Shown: positions 1 through 12,203 of the stretch, in pieces
Numbering within the stretch: the stretch's first letter is position 1
How the letters are laid out: each line of letters opens with the position of its first letter
From: Octopus bimaculoides
Taxonomy: Eukaryota
DNA length: 64,000 nucleotides
Direction: 5' to 3'
Assembly: GCF_001194135.2 (NCBI RefSeq)
Contig: NC_068984.1
Span: 57,104,642 to 57,168,641 of the forward strand
Program-made: the position numbers and the translations under genes
The notes under the pieces: model-generated
What the model was told of the DNA's origin: nothing
The model's database searches: none
The model's input: the letters and a program-made list of their open reading frames with translations, nothing else

Positions 1-2332
1 AAGACTTGGAGAGCTAGTCAAACAACATTTTTCAGATATATATTAAAAGATATTGTTATATTTGGAGATGGTCTCATATTTTGTCAATTAAACATACACA
101 CTATATGTTGGGTCTTTACCATAGCTTTATTATTATTATTATTTTTATTTCTTTGTCAAAGCTCCTTTGTCACACATCCTGTAACCTCTTCAGCAGCTCT
201 TTATCCTACTAAGTCTGAAATGGACTAAGCAAAACAAAAGGAGACATGTGATATAAAGAGTGTTTAAGAGATCTCAGGATGTATGACAAAAGATCTTTGA
301 CAAAGAAATAAAAAAAAAGCTGAAGGAAAGGTCAAACATACTGTGCATGTGTTTAATTGGTAAAATATGACCACCCCCAAGTATAACGATATTTGTTTCA
401 ACACACACTTTCACATCAAGGATCTTGTAAAACAAATACATAAATGTGTATTAAAAGGGCTAAATGAAAACAAAAACAAAAAAATGTCATATTTTCATTT
501 TATTGAATCTTCTGTTGTTTTTATTGTTTACCTCCTGGTCAACTTCAATCCAGCTGACCTATGATCAAAAGTTTTCTACCTATAACCATCTTGTCTTTTT
601 GCTTATTAGGGACTATGCAGCCCAGTTGTTTTTCTGTTTTTAAGACAGATGGGGAATGATTTAAGAGAGATTTAGCTGCTATTTGAGCATGTGAAGGCTT
701 CCTTATTGATTCTGCCTCTAGATGTATATATATATGGTGTTTCCATAAAATTACTTTCAATATATAGTTTTGTGTATAATGCTAATGTTCAGCACTGATT
801 GTCTGTGTTTAAACACACAAAATGTTCAAATGAATTAAGGTATCAGGCTATCTACTGCTAGCATTCCATCTTATTTCTGGCGGAATGCTTTGTCTCAGTC
901 AGGTTAACTGTTGAGAAGTAGGTACTATTATAATCTGACTATGTTACCTGTGATAGACTGGGTAACTATTCAGGGAAGAGATTTATCCCCCCATCTCTTT
1001 CACACCAAGAAACAGGAGCTAAGTACTAACTCATATGAGACATTGACTTTTTGGAGATGTACAGATAGGCATGTGTATGCATGCACACACACACACATTT
1101 ACGTAGCTATAAAATGTTCTAGAAAAGATAACTACTTTGGCAAACATAATAGGGAATGAGAAATTTTTAATAAATATTCCCAAGTTTTCTAATATTTATG
1201 GAATGTCAAGTAGAACCATTATATTTATTTTTATTCTCCAAACTGATAATATAACTTTCCTTTCCTTTCTCAGGAATCTCTCTGTAATATAACTTAGAAT
1301 TAATGGGATACACTTGTGCAAAAACACAAGATATAGTTTCCATGAATAGACAAAGATTTCCATGAATAATCCACTGAAAGAATAAAGATTTCGCTAAATA
1401 TTTGTGTTCTGTTTCTGCTCAGGTACTATTTATCTACAGTTTGGAGCATAGTATAGAAATATCAGTGAAAGCTGGAACATAATGTAGAAAAATCAGTAAA
1501 AGCTGAATGTCTGAGCACATTTCTAATAGTAAATTCCATGCATCAAAAGAGGAATCCTCTCCTTCATTGGTCCTTGGACTGAAAAATAACATTCGTCTCT
1601 TGCCAAATATTACTGAATTTTTTTATCCTTCCCTACATTAACCTAAAGACAAAATAGTTTGCATTCATATACTTCTTTCTATGTCATGGTGTTAGCAATA
1701 CAAAAAAGTTTAAAACTACCTACATTTTATTTGCCTAATTTTTTTCTTTGATTCTTGACTCCCACTTCTATGAGAAACACTATTCTACATGGCCATGCAA
1801 CTTTCAACAAACAGCAGTGGTATATCCCTTAAATCATAAATTACCAGTTTGAAAACTATGAAAACAAATCAGTTAATTGTAAGGACCCCTTTGGAACTGA
1901 GCAATAACAGCAACTTTGAAGTTGCTCAACAGATAACAAATTTAGTATATCAAGTGATCATTAAAGTCATTTTTTTTTTCTTTTAATGAAAAAGGAAGTC
2001 AGTTTTACTTTAGTTAAAGTTGATGCAAGTTGATGCTCATTCAATTTTGGTTCAGCTTCAAGTAAAATTTGCTACATTTGTTAGAGTTTATGGTAAGTGC
2101 ACAACTGTGAAGGCATGAACAATTTAAACTTTCACAAAACATTTTGTTATCCAGTATTTAATCATCATCATTGTTTAACATCCATTTTCCATGTTGGCAT
2201 TGGTAGGACAGTCTGATAGGAGCTGATGAGTTAGAGGACTGTGCCAAGCTCCAGTATCTGCTTTGGTATGGTTTCTATGAATGTATGCTTTTCCTAATGC
2301 CAAATAGTAATGACCATGATGATAACAATGAT

Positions 2333-3632
2333 TTCAAATGTTGGCACAAGGGCAACAATTTCAGGGCAGGAGTAAGTCGATTAAATTGACTCCAGTGTTC
2401 TATTGGTACTTATTTTATCAACCCTGAAAGGATGAAAGGTAAAATGAACCTTGGAGTAATTTTAACTCTGAATGTAGAGACAGATGAAATGCTGCTAAGC
2501 ATTTTGCCTGGCATACTAACAATTCTGCCAGCTCACTGCCTTAATAATAGTAATAATAACAATAGTAATGGTTTCAAATTTTGGCACAAGGCCAGTAGTT
2601 TCAGGGCAGGGAGTAAGCTGATTACATCAACACCAGAGTTCAACTGGTACTTATTTTATCAACTCTGAAAGGACGAAAGGCAAAGTTAACCCTAGGGGTA
2701 TTTGAACACAGACAAAATACCACTAAGTGTTTCACCCGGCATGCTAATGGTTCTGCCAGTTTGATGCCTTAATAATAATAATCCTTTCTACTCAAGGCAC
2801 AAGGCCTAAAATTTTTGTGGGGAGAGGACTAGTCGATTACATCGACTCCAGTACTTTGCTGGTATTTAATTTATCGACCCCGAAAGGATGAAAGGCAAAG
2901 TCAACCTTGCTGGAATTTGAACCCAGGACAAAGTGGCAGACAAAATGCCACTAAGCGTTTTACCCAGCGTGCTAACAATTCTACCAGCTCACTGCCTTCA
3001 TAATAATAATAATAATAATAATAATAATAGTTTCTGACTTAGGCACATGGGCAACAATTTTGAGGGAAGTGTGTTAGTCAATGCCATTGTCTTATTTATC
3101 CTTTTATCATACTTTAATTTTGTATTTCTATTTGGCCATGTTTTCTTTAGCTTTCGTTTAGACTTTTTCTTACTACATTCTGTCTTAAAGCTTCTTTTTT
3201 TTTAAATAATATATTTCATTTTAGTTTCCTTTGAAATGTTCACTATCCCTCTCTCCATTTCCACCTCTGTGACTCCCCACTCTCTTTTTCATGTATAATT
3301 GTTTTGTTTATTATAGGTTGTTTCAATTTTCTTTTTTTGTTTTACTTCATCTGTGTGAAGTTATACGTAAGTTGTGGTTTAAAGATGTCACTAGAGAAAG
3401 AGCAAATTACCTCCAGCTGTTCCCCCTACTACTTCAAATAATAATAATAATAATCATTTCCAACATAGGCAAGCACAAAGCCTCAAATTTAGTTGAGGAG
3501 TAAAGTATATCATATCAGCCTCAGTACTTTACTGATACTTATTTTACTCAGCCTGTAAGAAAAGCAGCATAGTTGACCTTGGTGGAATTTGAAATCAGAA
3601 TGTAAAGGAATACAACAACAACAACAATAATA

Positions 3633-3664
<32 letters not shown>

Positions 3665-3876
3665 AATGGTTTCAAATTTTGGTACAAGGCCAACAGATTT
3701 GGGGAGGGGTAAGTCGATTACCTCGACCCCAGTGCTCAACTGGTACTTATTTTATCAACTCCAAAAGAATGAAAGGTAAAGTTGGCCCTGGCAGAGTTTG
3801 AACTCAGAACATAAAGATGGAGGAAATATCTCCAAGCATTTTGCCCAGCATTGTAATGATTCTGCCAGTTCACCAT

Positions 3877-3907
<31 letters not shown>

Positions 3908-4255
3908 GCCCTGAAATTTTGTGGGAGGGGCTAGTCAATTACATTGACTCCAGTACTCCACTGGTACTTAATTTATCGACCTCAAAAGGATGAAAGACTA
4001 AGTTGACCTCAATGGAATTTGAACTCAGAGCATAATGAGTCAGAAGAAGTGCTGATAAGCATTTTGTCTGACACAGTAATGATTCTGCCAGTTCCCTAAT
4101 GTAATAATAATTCTTTCTCCTATACTATAATTCCAGGCAGGAGGTGGTTAATTGGTTACATTGAGCTAATGTTCAACAGTTACTTATTTTATTGATCTGA
4201 AACGAGGAAGGGCAAAGTCGATCTTGGTGGAATTTGAATTCAGAACATAATGAGT
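2333..4255 (-). mobile_element. Tandem array of about 7 copies or fragments of tRNA-headed SINE family A, separated by (AAT)n/(GAT)n
   Basis: Repeated about 210-bp unit (reverse complement of ggcgagctggcagaatcgttagc..ttctgagttcaaattcc..gactttgcctttcatcctttc..gtaccag) near 2333, 2570, 2785, 3445, 3667, 3908 and 4115. Confidence 0.85.
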
Positions 4256-7200
4256 CTGTTTTATTTCTATTTTGATGCTTCAATTTGTGGATGCTTACAG
4301 CTTTGTTTCGTTATACTAAAGATTTCATATCTTCAATTTTGTTCCATAGTTAAGGTTGTTTATTGCCTAATACTCAAATATGCATATAAATTTAGGTAGG
4401 AACAAACTTAGTAATATTAACGATAGTTATTTCTAACTTCAGTTCAAGCCCATAATTTGGTTAATGGGAGGAGTACTGTTGATTTAATTCATCCAAATCC
4501 CAACCTAGGACTTATTTTATCTGCTGTGGACAGCCAGGCTATGCTTGTCACTTTACAATAAATTTATTGCAAGGGAGCGTCTTCTCTTCCATCTTCCCTT
4601 TCTTCTACAAGTTGAAATTTAAAAAGTACTTGAGGAATTTTAAAATGTGTCTATTCTCAGTCCTTTCAGTTACATTTATCTTTTCTGCCCTAACCAACAG
4701 ACAGGGGAAAACTGTCTGTCCTTTCTTGCTGAAAGAAGACAGCTGGTTCATCTCTAAGGAGGGATTCAACTGAAGAAGATAAAAGAAAAGTTATTGTTAC
4801 TACTAACATGTGAGACTTTATATGGCCATCACCTCCTGCTAGAAATAAGGGGGGAAAAAATCTCTAAAATCTCTCCCCCATTTTAAAAAGAACACCTTGG
4901 ATAGTCTGGTCCTGGATTTCAGAACACTGGGAAGTCATGGGATGGTCACAGTTGGAATACCTTTGATTATATGTCTACTCAATCAGGACTGACCTGGGGC
5001 TAAAATTGGCAAAATAATTTGTTATGACAATATATTTAATCCCAAAATAACATTATTACTATTATATTTATAACTTTTCTGACAATGGAGACAGCATAGG
5101 AAAAAATGTCATTCCTATACCGAAGTTTAGTTGAAATGTATTTCATGTATGTTTATTCTGGAGTAATAGAGGGAAGTCCTTGTTTTGGCATATAGAGTGA
5201 ATGAGTGGGAGTGTATGAGAGAGAGAGAGAGAGAATAACATTAAGAGAAAGTTACGTCCTTTAGAGAGAGAGAGCTTTTAGGGAATTCATTTTATACTTA
5301 AGAGTTATGTATTATTCTATACATTTAAGTACATACATCTGTGTTTGTATATATAGTAATTTATACACATCATGTATCTGTGGGTATGTAAACATATTCA
5401 TGTGTATGTGTGTAGGCAACTATATGGAGGTTGGCCTGCTAGAATGAAGATCAATAGGGTCGCCTTGTGGCAGTTTTGTCTAGGAAAGACTAAGTGTGCT
5501 GCTGCTCAGTATTTTCCTTGGGCTCTTATTTCAGTAATAATCTCTTGTGCTGGGGAATCAGGAACTGGGAGGGAGAATAGCTGTCACACATGTACCTCTT
5601 TTTCCATTACTGTTACTTTTGTAGTGGAGAAAAAGAAAATGTATGTATGCATTTATTATATGTATGTCTGTGTATATGTAGCTATATATGGCTTTAAGTG
5701 ACTTTTTTTTTAACAGCTTCTTTTAGTTAATAGCAGTAAGGTGTAATCAAGTGAGCTATTTTCCTCATATATTTTCATTGTAGATAAAAATATACCTTTG
5801 AGGAATAAGTTTTTTTTTTGTCTGTATATGTGTGTGTGTCTTTTCTATTATCCTTTTCTGCTTCCTTAGCCTGTGGGTCCTTGGCATGGAACAAACTACT
5901 AGTCTAACTTTACAGCCTATCTCCCAGTGGAACGTGTGTGTGTGTGTATCACAAGTTATGAATACTGATGATAATAATATGGGTATGGCAGCAGATTCGA
6001 TGGTGGGTAGTGGGGAGTAAAGAACAAGGAAGAGAGGTGGAAGATATAGAAGACAGAGAATAGAAGAGATAGACTGAAGTTAGTTTTGATGTGGCACATA
6101 GCAGCTGCATATGACATATATATATATATATATATACATGCATGCATACATGTATATATATATGAAATATTGTTTACTATATTAGTGTGTGTGTGCGTGT
6201 GTGTGTAGTGGGCCATTTTGTATAGCTATCTTTGTAAAGAATGGCAAACCTCAGCTACTTTTGATTTAGGAATGGAATTATAACAAGCCATATGATGCCA
6301 TGCCATGTTGTGCCGGTTACTTTCAAATCCATTTCTTTTTTTTTTTTCTTTTTCTTTTGTTTTGTTTTACACCATGGTTCAGGGTGTATGTTAACCAGGG
6401 CATGCTAAACAAGTTTATTGAAAAGAACATTTTTATAGCAGTCCAGTCAGTGTTGCTATAGTAAACAGTTGTAGCAGTTCAGGTATGAGCTACGTAATTA
6501 CAGCAGCAGTAATAATAATAGTAGTAATAAAAGTAGTAGTAATATTGACAACAGCAGCAGCAGCTGTTGTAGTTGAGTGGGGAAGAAAGAAAAAAAAAGA
6601 GTCCTAACTACCTGTTCTTCAAGTTGACATCAAATAGCACATTCATTTCATAGAGTGACAGTCTGCCTGTGTGACATTCCTCTAGCGATTCTACCAGCTG
6701 CATTTATTTGCTTTCTTTATTCCTTTCCTTTTTTCCTTCATTGTGTTGTCATCGTGTCCATTCTTCAATGGAAATGAAGCATATTGGAAGTACCGGGAGA
6801 ATTGTTTTATTACCGTGTTGGAACTAGTTTATTTGAAAATGGAAGTCACCTTTATTTAAAACCAAAACTACACAAGGAGGGAAATAACAGCTACGGTACA
6901 AACCACCCAAGCATTTAAACCGGACTAAAGGGTGCAACAGCCATATGTATATGAAATATACATAAATGCATCTGCCTAATATTTTTATTTATTTATTCTG
7001 GATTTAATTGACAGCACTTTTTTACAGAATGATGTATATATTGAAAAGAAATTCATAACTTGATTCATATTTTAAAAAAATTATATTTATTTATATTCTG
7101 TGGGGTGAAAAAAAATTCACTGAGTGAAAACTTCAAAAAGAAAAAGGATCAAGAAAAGAAAGAACAGAAAATGGATACTAAACTAAGTTCATTTTTAGTT

Positions 7201-7360
7201 TCTTTAGTAACTTTCAATTCTCCGATTGATTCTATATCTTGATAAACAACTTCTACATATCCTGGGTCATCACTTGGGAGGAGACGTAGTCAGATTTTGT
7301 CGTGTCTGGCTGGATTTTTACCTAGTCTTCAGTGGCCTGTGTAAAGGACATGGTCATGCT

Positions 7361-7447
7361 ATGTTTGACTTGGACTACCTTCTAGAACCAGGAATCTTTT
7401 TGCTGGGGATGGGGTTTGCATGTTATCTCTTCCTTCAGGCTAGCCAG
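7361..7447 (+). CDS. Candidate first coding exon of an unidentified gene; hydrophobic N-terminus MFDLDYLLEPGIFLLGMGFACYLFLQASQ (signal anchor or TM-like)
   Basis: ATG at 7361 opens 29 codons ending at a consensus donor CAG|GTGAGT (7447/7448, phase 0). It is the only open frame through this GC-richer non-repeat stretch. A possible upstream acceptor is ttttttacag at 7027. No family recognised and no downstream exon confirmed. Confidence 0.45.
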
Positions 7448-8467
7448 GTGAGTAAATGTGCCGGGCACCTATTAAATTTCCTCTTTATTTTTGAGTCTTT
7501 CTTTTTAAAATTGTTCTATCACTTTACATCTATGAACTGACACAAAAATCATATGCATCCGCCCTCTAAAACATTTCCAGTATGTGTTTGTATGTATGTG
7601 TGGGTGTATGTCTGTCTTTGTGTGTTTGTGTGTGTGTGTAACAAATTAAACACTGCAGTTTCATTTGAGTATGTAAGTGGATCACAAACAAAATTAAATA
7701 GATGCAAAACAGATCCACTAAATATTACTAGTGTCCAGTTGGATACCTGCATGTCATTGTGGGATGGATTTAATTACATAGTAACAAATGAGCATACACT
7801 CGTATACACAGACAGTAGAGTTTAGTAACATGCTGCCATCTCTATATTCGGCACATTGATATTTATGCATGTAAATGACAACACTTGCACACTACATGTG
7901 TGTGTGTGTGTAAATAAATTAATATAAAGGCTGATCCAGTAGCCTGTTACTCTGATTTGGCCTAAATAAACTACTATATTTTACTATGATATTGAGTACT
8001 TTTTCTCCCAGTTGTCAAAGCTAATGTGGGTGTATACACACACACACACACGCATATATACATATACTTACTGTATGTATGTGTGTGTATATATATTCCA
8101 ATTATTTTCATATCTTTAAATAAACCTGAAATGTATGTTGAGATATTTATTTAATATATATGACACCAATAAACATACCAAAAGTTGCTTTGTAGTAATT
8201 CCATTCTAACAATGCAATGAACTGTAAGAGATTCACTTTTTTGAACTTTATCAAATTTTGTAGTACTTCTTAGGCATCTATAAAGTTATTATTTGTTTGT
8301 GATACTCTATTCTATGATTCCACTCATTGATTTAATAATATATTTAATGTTGCTTAACACTTGTTGACTTGTAACTTCAGTTGGAATTTTGGATTTTAGA
8401 TTTGGAAAGTTTTAGTTTAAATCTCAAGGAATGTTTTTTTTTTAAATGTGTCTGTCTGTCTTTTCTC

Positions 8468-8640
8468 NNNNNNNNNNNNNNNNNNNNNNNNNNNNNNNNN
8501 NNNNNNNNNNNNNNNNNNNNNNNNNNNNNNNNNNNNNNNNNNNNNNNNNNNNNNNNNNNNNNNNNNNNNNNNNNNNNNNNNNNNNNNNNNNNNNNNNNNN
8601 NNNNNNNNNNNNNNNNNNNNNNNNNNNNNNNNNNNNNNNN
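8468..8640. other. Assembly gap (173 N)
   Basis: N run. Confidence 1.
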
Positions 8641-8944
8641 CCCTCCCCCTCTCTTTCATGGTTTTATTGCTAAAAGCAGGAACCTTTTATCTCTGCCTGT
8701 GATGTTTGTGTGTGCATGCATTTTGAGTAACTTAATAATTATGTTTTGAATTTACCTTAACCCCAGTGGTCCCCAAACTAATTGTGTCATTTAATCCCAG
8801 CACTCAGGACTTTGGTTTTGTGCTGAAACAAAGACACTAGTTGTTTCTTGTTTTGCATTTCATCTTTCTACTGTCCCCATCAACATCTGGGCACTTGTAG
8901 TCAGTAAAAGAAACTTTTATTTTTATTGTGTCTGTCTTAATGTT

Positions 8945-9530
8945 TTGAGTTCAAATTCCACTGAGGTTGACTTTGCCTTTCATCCTTTCAGGGTTGATAA
9001 AATAAGTACCAGTTGAGTACTGCAATCAATGTAATCAGCTTAATAACTCTTTCCCTTGAAACTGCTGGCCTTGTGCCAAAATTTGAAACCCTTATTATTG
9101 CTCTACATGCACCCATATTAATTCAGTCACTTACTGAAATCCACTACCCTCTCTTCTTTCCAATAATTTATGTCCTTGTGGCAGAAGTTAGATACCATTT
9201 TATGTTTGTGTTACCCTTCAGGCCTTGTACTAATAGCGAAAAGGATTATTATTATTCAGTCAAGTACTGGGTGGGGGTTTATGATATTGAATAATCCCCT
9301 CCCCTTTATAATTGCTGTCCTTGTGCTGATATCAGAATCATTAGCATGCTGGCCAAAATGCTTAGTTGAATTTTGTCTGTCTTCGTGTTCTGAGTTCAAA
9401 TTCCGCCAAGGTTTACTTTGCCTTTCATCCTTTCAGGGTTGATGAAATAAGACCCAGTTATGCACTGGGCCAATGTAATCGGCTCATCCCCTCCCCCAAA
9501 ATGGCTGCCTTTGTGACAAAATTTGAAACC
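8945..9530 (+). mobile_element. SINE family A copies (tandem)
   Basis: B-box-like GAGTTCAAATTCC, body gactttgcctttcatcctttcagggttgat, tail ..aaaatttgaaacc(att)n. Confidence 0.85.
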
Positions 9531-9745
9531 ATTATTATTATTATCACCACTATTTTATGTTTGACTTTTGCTTTGCATTTGCACAAGTTGGCTCCAAGTC
9601 TCACCCAGAGACCTCAAGAGACAGCAAGTTAGAAGTCCATGTTGGTGTTATGCCTAGGGTGCCATACATTTGATTTTGTACAGTGTTTTTCTAGAGAATG
9701 TTTAAGAAACCATAGAAAATTATGTGTTTGTTTTAAAATTTGAGA

Positions 9746-11335
9746 TTACATAGACAGTATTTTACGTAGGATGTGGGCAGTTCCCATGAGCACTATCTTG
9801 AATTTCTGCCATTTTGGGGTTTCCTGATATCTAAGCTAGGTAGCAATCAGTCCCTTTTGCTATCATTCCTAGGGTGCCTATGACAATTGTTTTAGTCTTT
9901 AGGTTCCACATTTTGCTAATTTCTATTTCAAGATCTTTATACTTGCTCAGTTTTTGGTAGGTCTTGACAGATACGTTTATATCGATTGGGACAGTTATAT
10001 CAATGAGGAGGCAAGATTTTTGTCTGAAGTCTTTCAATATGATGTCTGGCCTATTTGCATCTATCTTTCTGTCAGTTTGAATGGTGAAGTTCTAGAGGAG
10101 TGAGATATCATTTTCAAGCACTGGAGATGGTTTGTGTTCCCACCAGTTTTTATCATGGGACATGTCCAAGATTTTTCAAATTACCCAGTGAATATATTGT
10201 GCAGCTCTATCATGCCTGTTGAGATACTCTGTAGGTGCAAGAAAACTAAACATGGAGACAACATGGTCAATGGTCTCATTTTGTTGTTGACATACACGAC
10301 ATATTGGGGAGCTGCCGTTCTTTAATATGTTGGCCTGGTAGCTCCTTGTAGGTAAGCATTGATCTTGGGCTGCNNNNNNNNNNTGGTAGCTCCTTGTAGG
10401 TAAGCATTGATCTTGGGCTGCTATGATAAACCCTTCTGTTTCTGATTTTAAGCCAGAAGCCATTAGCCATTGATGGGTAAGGGCTTTGTCAGCATCAGCA
10501 TTATTCACTCTCTTTGGGTATTTGTCATTGAGAGGTTTTTCTTGCCATTTATCAGTCAGAATATCTAAGGCAGCGGTTTTAGCACAGGTTTTCATGCACT
10601 TAGCTTTTTCTGCACTTGTTTCTAGTGCGTCTAATTCTGGAATTTGTTGTATTTGGAATTCACTTAGTTTTGTTACTGAGTATGATGCTTTCTTGTTTTC
10701 ATGTTTTGAGACAAGTTTTAACACCCAGTCCTCAGAGTTTTTCAGGCCAATTGTGGCAATCTTCATTGTTAATGCTAGTTGTAAAAGTCCATGGCCTCCC
10801 TCTTTTCTTGGCAGATAAAGTCATTCTATATCTGCCTTAGGGTGGTGCATTCTATGCATTGTCAACAGTTTGCGTATTTTTCTGTCAAGATTACATATTT
10901 CAATAATTGACCAGTTAATGATATTGAAACTGTAAGTCATGACTGGTATGGCTAAAGCATTGATTGCTTCGATCCTGTTTCTTGCATTCAGCTCTGTCTT
11001 CAGTATTGCTCTCACCCTGCAATAACATTCTCTTCTGATCCTTTCCCTCATCACTGCAAGTTTGATTCCGTCCCCTTCAATTACCCCTAGGTATTTGTAG
11101 CTCTCCGCTGGTTCTAACTCTTTTACGACATCCTACTGGTCAAGGTTGACGTTAGATGTTTCTGTCAATTTTCCTTTGATAAAGGTAGCTTTTGCACATT
11201 TATTGAGGCCAAATTGCATCCTGATGTCATCACTGAATCGTTTAACAATCGCTAGTAAGCCCTTGAGTTGGTCATTTTTTGCAAATAGCTTTAAATCATC
11301 CATGTAAATGAGATGATTTATATTTTTATCAAACA

Positions 11336-11336
<1 letters not shown>
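9746..11336 (-). pseudogene. Disrupted RT-RLE ORF of the R4/Dong-like element
   Basis: ORF-track pieces 11133-11399, 10821-11054, 10176-10766 and 9831-10037 join into one colinear protein through frameshifts and premature stops; terminal TAA at 9746-9748. Confidence 0.88.
10374..10383. other. Assembly gap (10 N) with duplicated flanks
   Basis: tggtagctccttgtaggtaagcattgatcttgggctgc occurs on both sides of the gap. Confidence 0.97.
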
Positions 11337-11373
<37 letters not shown>

Positions 11374-11374
<1 letters not shown>

Positions 11375-11810
11375 GGCAAGCTGGAAGAATCATTAGCACA
11401 CCGGGTGAAATGTATTTTGTCTGCTGCTACATTCTGAGTTCAAATTCCACCAAAGCTGACTTTGCCTTTCATCCTTTCAGGGTCAATAAATTAAGTACCA
11501 GTCAAGAAACTGGGATAGATTGACTATCCTCCTCCTATCAAATCCCAGGTCTTGTGCCTATAGTAGAAAGGATTATTATTATCATTATTATTAAGGTGGC
11601 AAGCTGGCAGAATAGTTAGCACGCAGGGCGAAATGCTTAGTGGTATTTCAATTGTCTTTACTTTCTGAGTTCAAATTCTGCTGGGGTCAACTTTGCCTTT
11701 CATCCTTTCAGGATCAATTTAATAAGTACCAGCTACGCACTGGAGTCGATGTAATTGACTTAATCCCCTTCCCCCAAGCTACCCTTGTGGCAAAAATTTG
11801 AAATTATTAT
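11374..11810 (+). mobile_element. Two tandem SINE family A copies
   Basis: Heads tggcaagctgg(a/c)agaat..ttagcac at about 11374 and 11597; A/B-box-like motifs; (ATT)n tails. Confidence 0.88.
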
Positions 11811-12139
11811 TATTGTTATTATTATTATTATCTGTAGTAATAGTAAGAGTAGTAGTAGGAGAGGAAGGAGGAAGAGGAAGACTTACTCCGGTTTAACATA
11901 TTCATTCATGTATCTGTTCACATCAGTATGCATACAGATGTAGGAGCATGTGTCTAGATTCCCACACATGCATATTTAGTTAAACCTGCACTCACAGATT
12001 ACTTGTTGTTGCTAAAGTGAAACTATTTACATTATAATCCTTTTATACTCATTACAAAATGTTTAATATATTTTAAACTAATACATCTGTTTGTTGTTTA
12101 CACACCCATCTTCATCTTTTGCTTTTTTGTAAATTCTCA

Positions 12140-12149
<10 letters not shown>

Positions 12150-12202
<53 letters not shown>
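12150..12202. repeat. (GT)n microsatellite; other long CA/GT tracts near 44257, 54601 and 63803
   Basis: Direct reading. Confidence 0.97.

Positions 12203-12203
<1 letters not shown>

Larger units (their letters stand above)
9545..11337 (-). mobile_element. 5'-truncated R4/Dong-like non-LTR retrotransposon (RT C-terminal part, zinc knuckle, restriction-like endonuclease, 3' UTR, (AAT)n tail)
   Basis: Fragmented frames give HLIYMDDLKLFAK (RT YxDD), YKYLG, RLYLPRKEGGRGL, GLKSETEGFIIAAQDQ, CRVCQQQNETIDH, RHD, RPDIILKD..LIDITVP..KLSKYKDL (PD-(D/E)xK) and GTAHILRKILSM*. Flanked by (ATT)n at 9531-9544 and (TTA)n at 11338-11373. Confidence 0.92.

Noticed and set aside
10337-10421. Apparent tandem duplication AAQDQCLPTRSY in the retrotransposon ORF
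   Set aside because: The two copies flank a 10-N gap; this is an unmerged contig overlap, not biology.
11133-11399. ORF with a poly-Asn N-terminus fused to RT
   Set aside because: Read-through from an antisense SINE head and the (TAA)n target into a truncated RT; not a real fusion protein.
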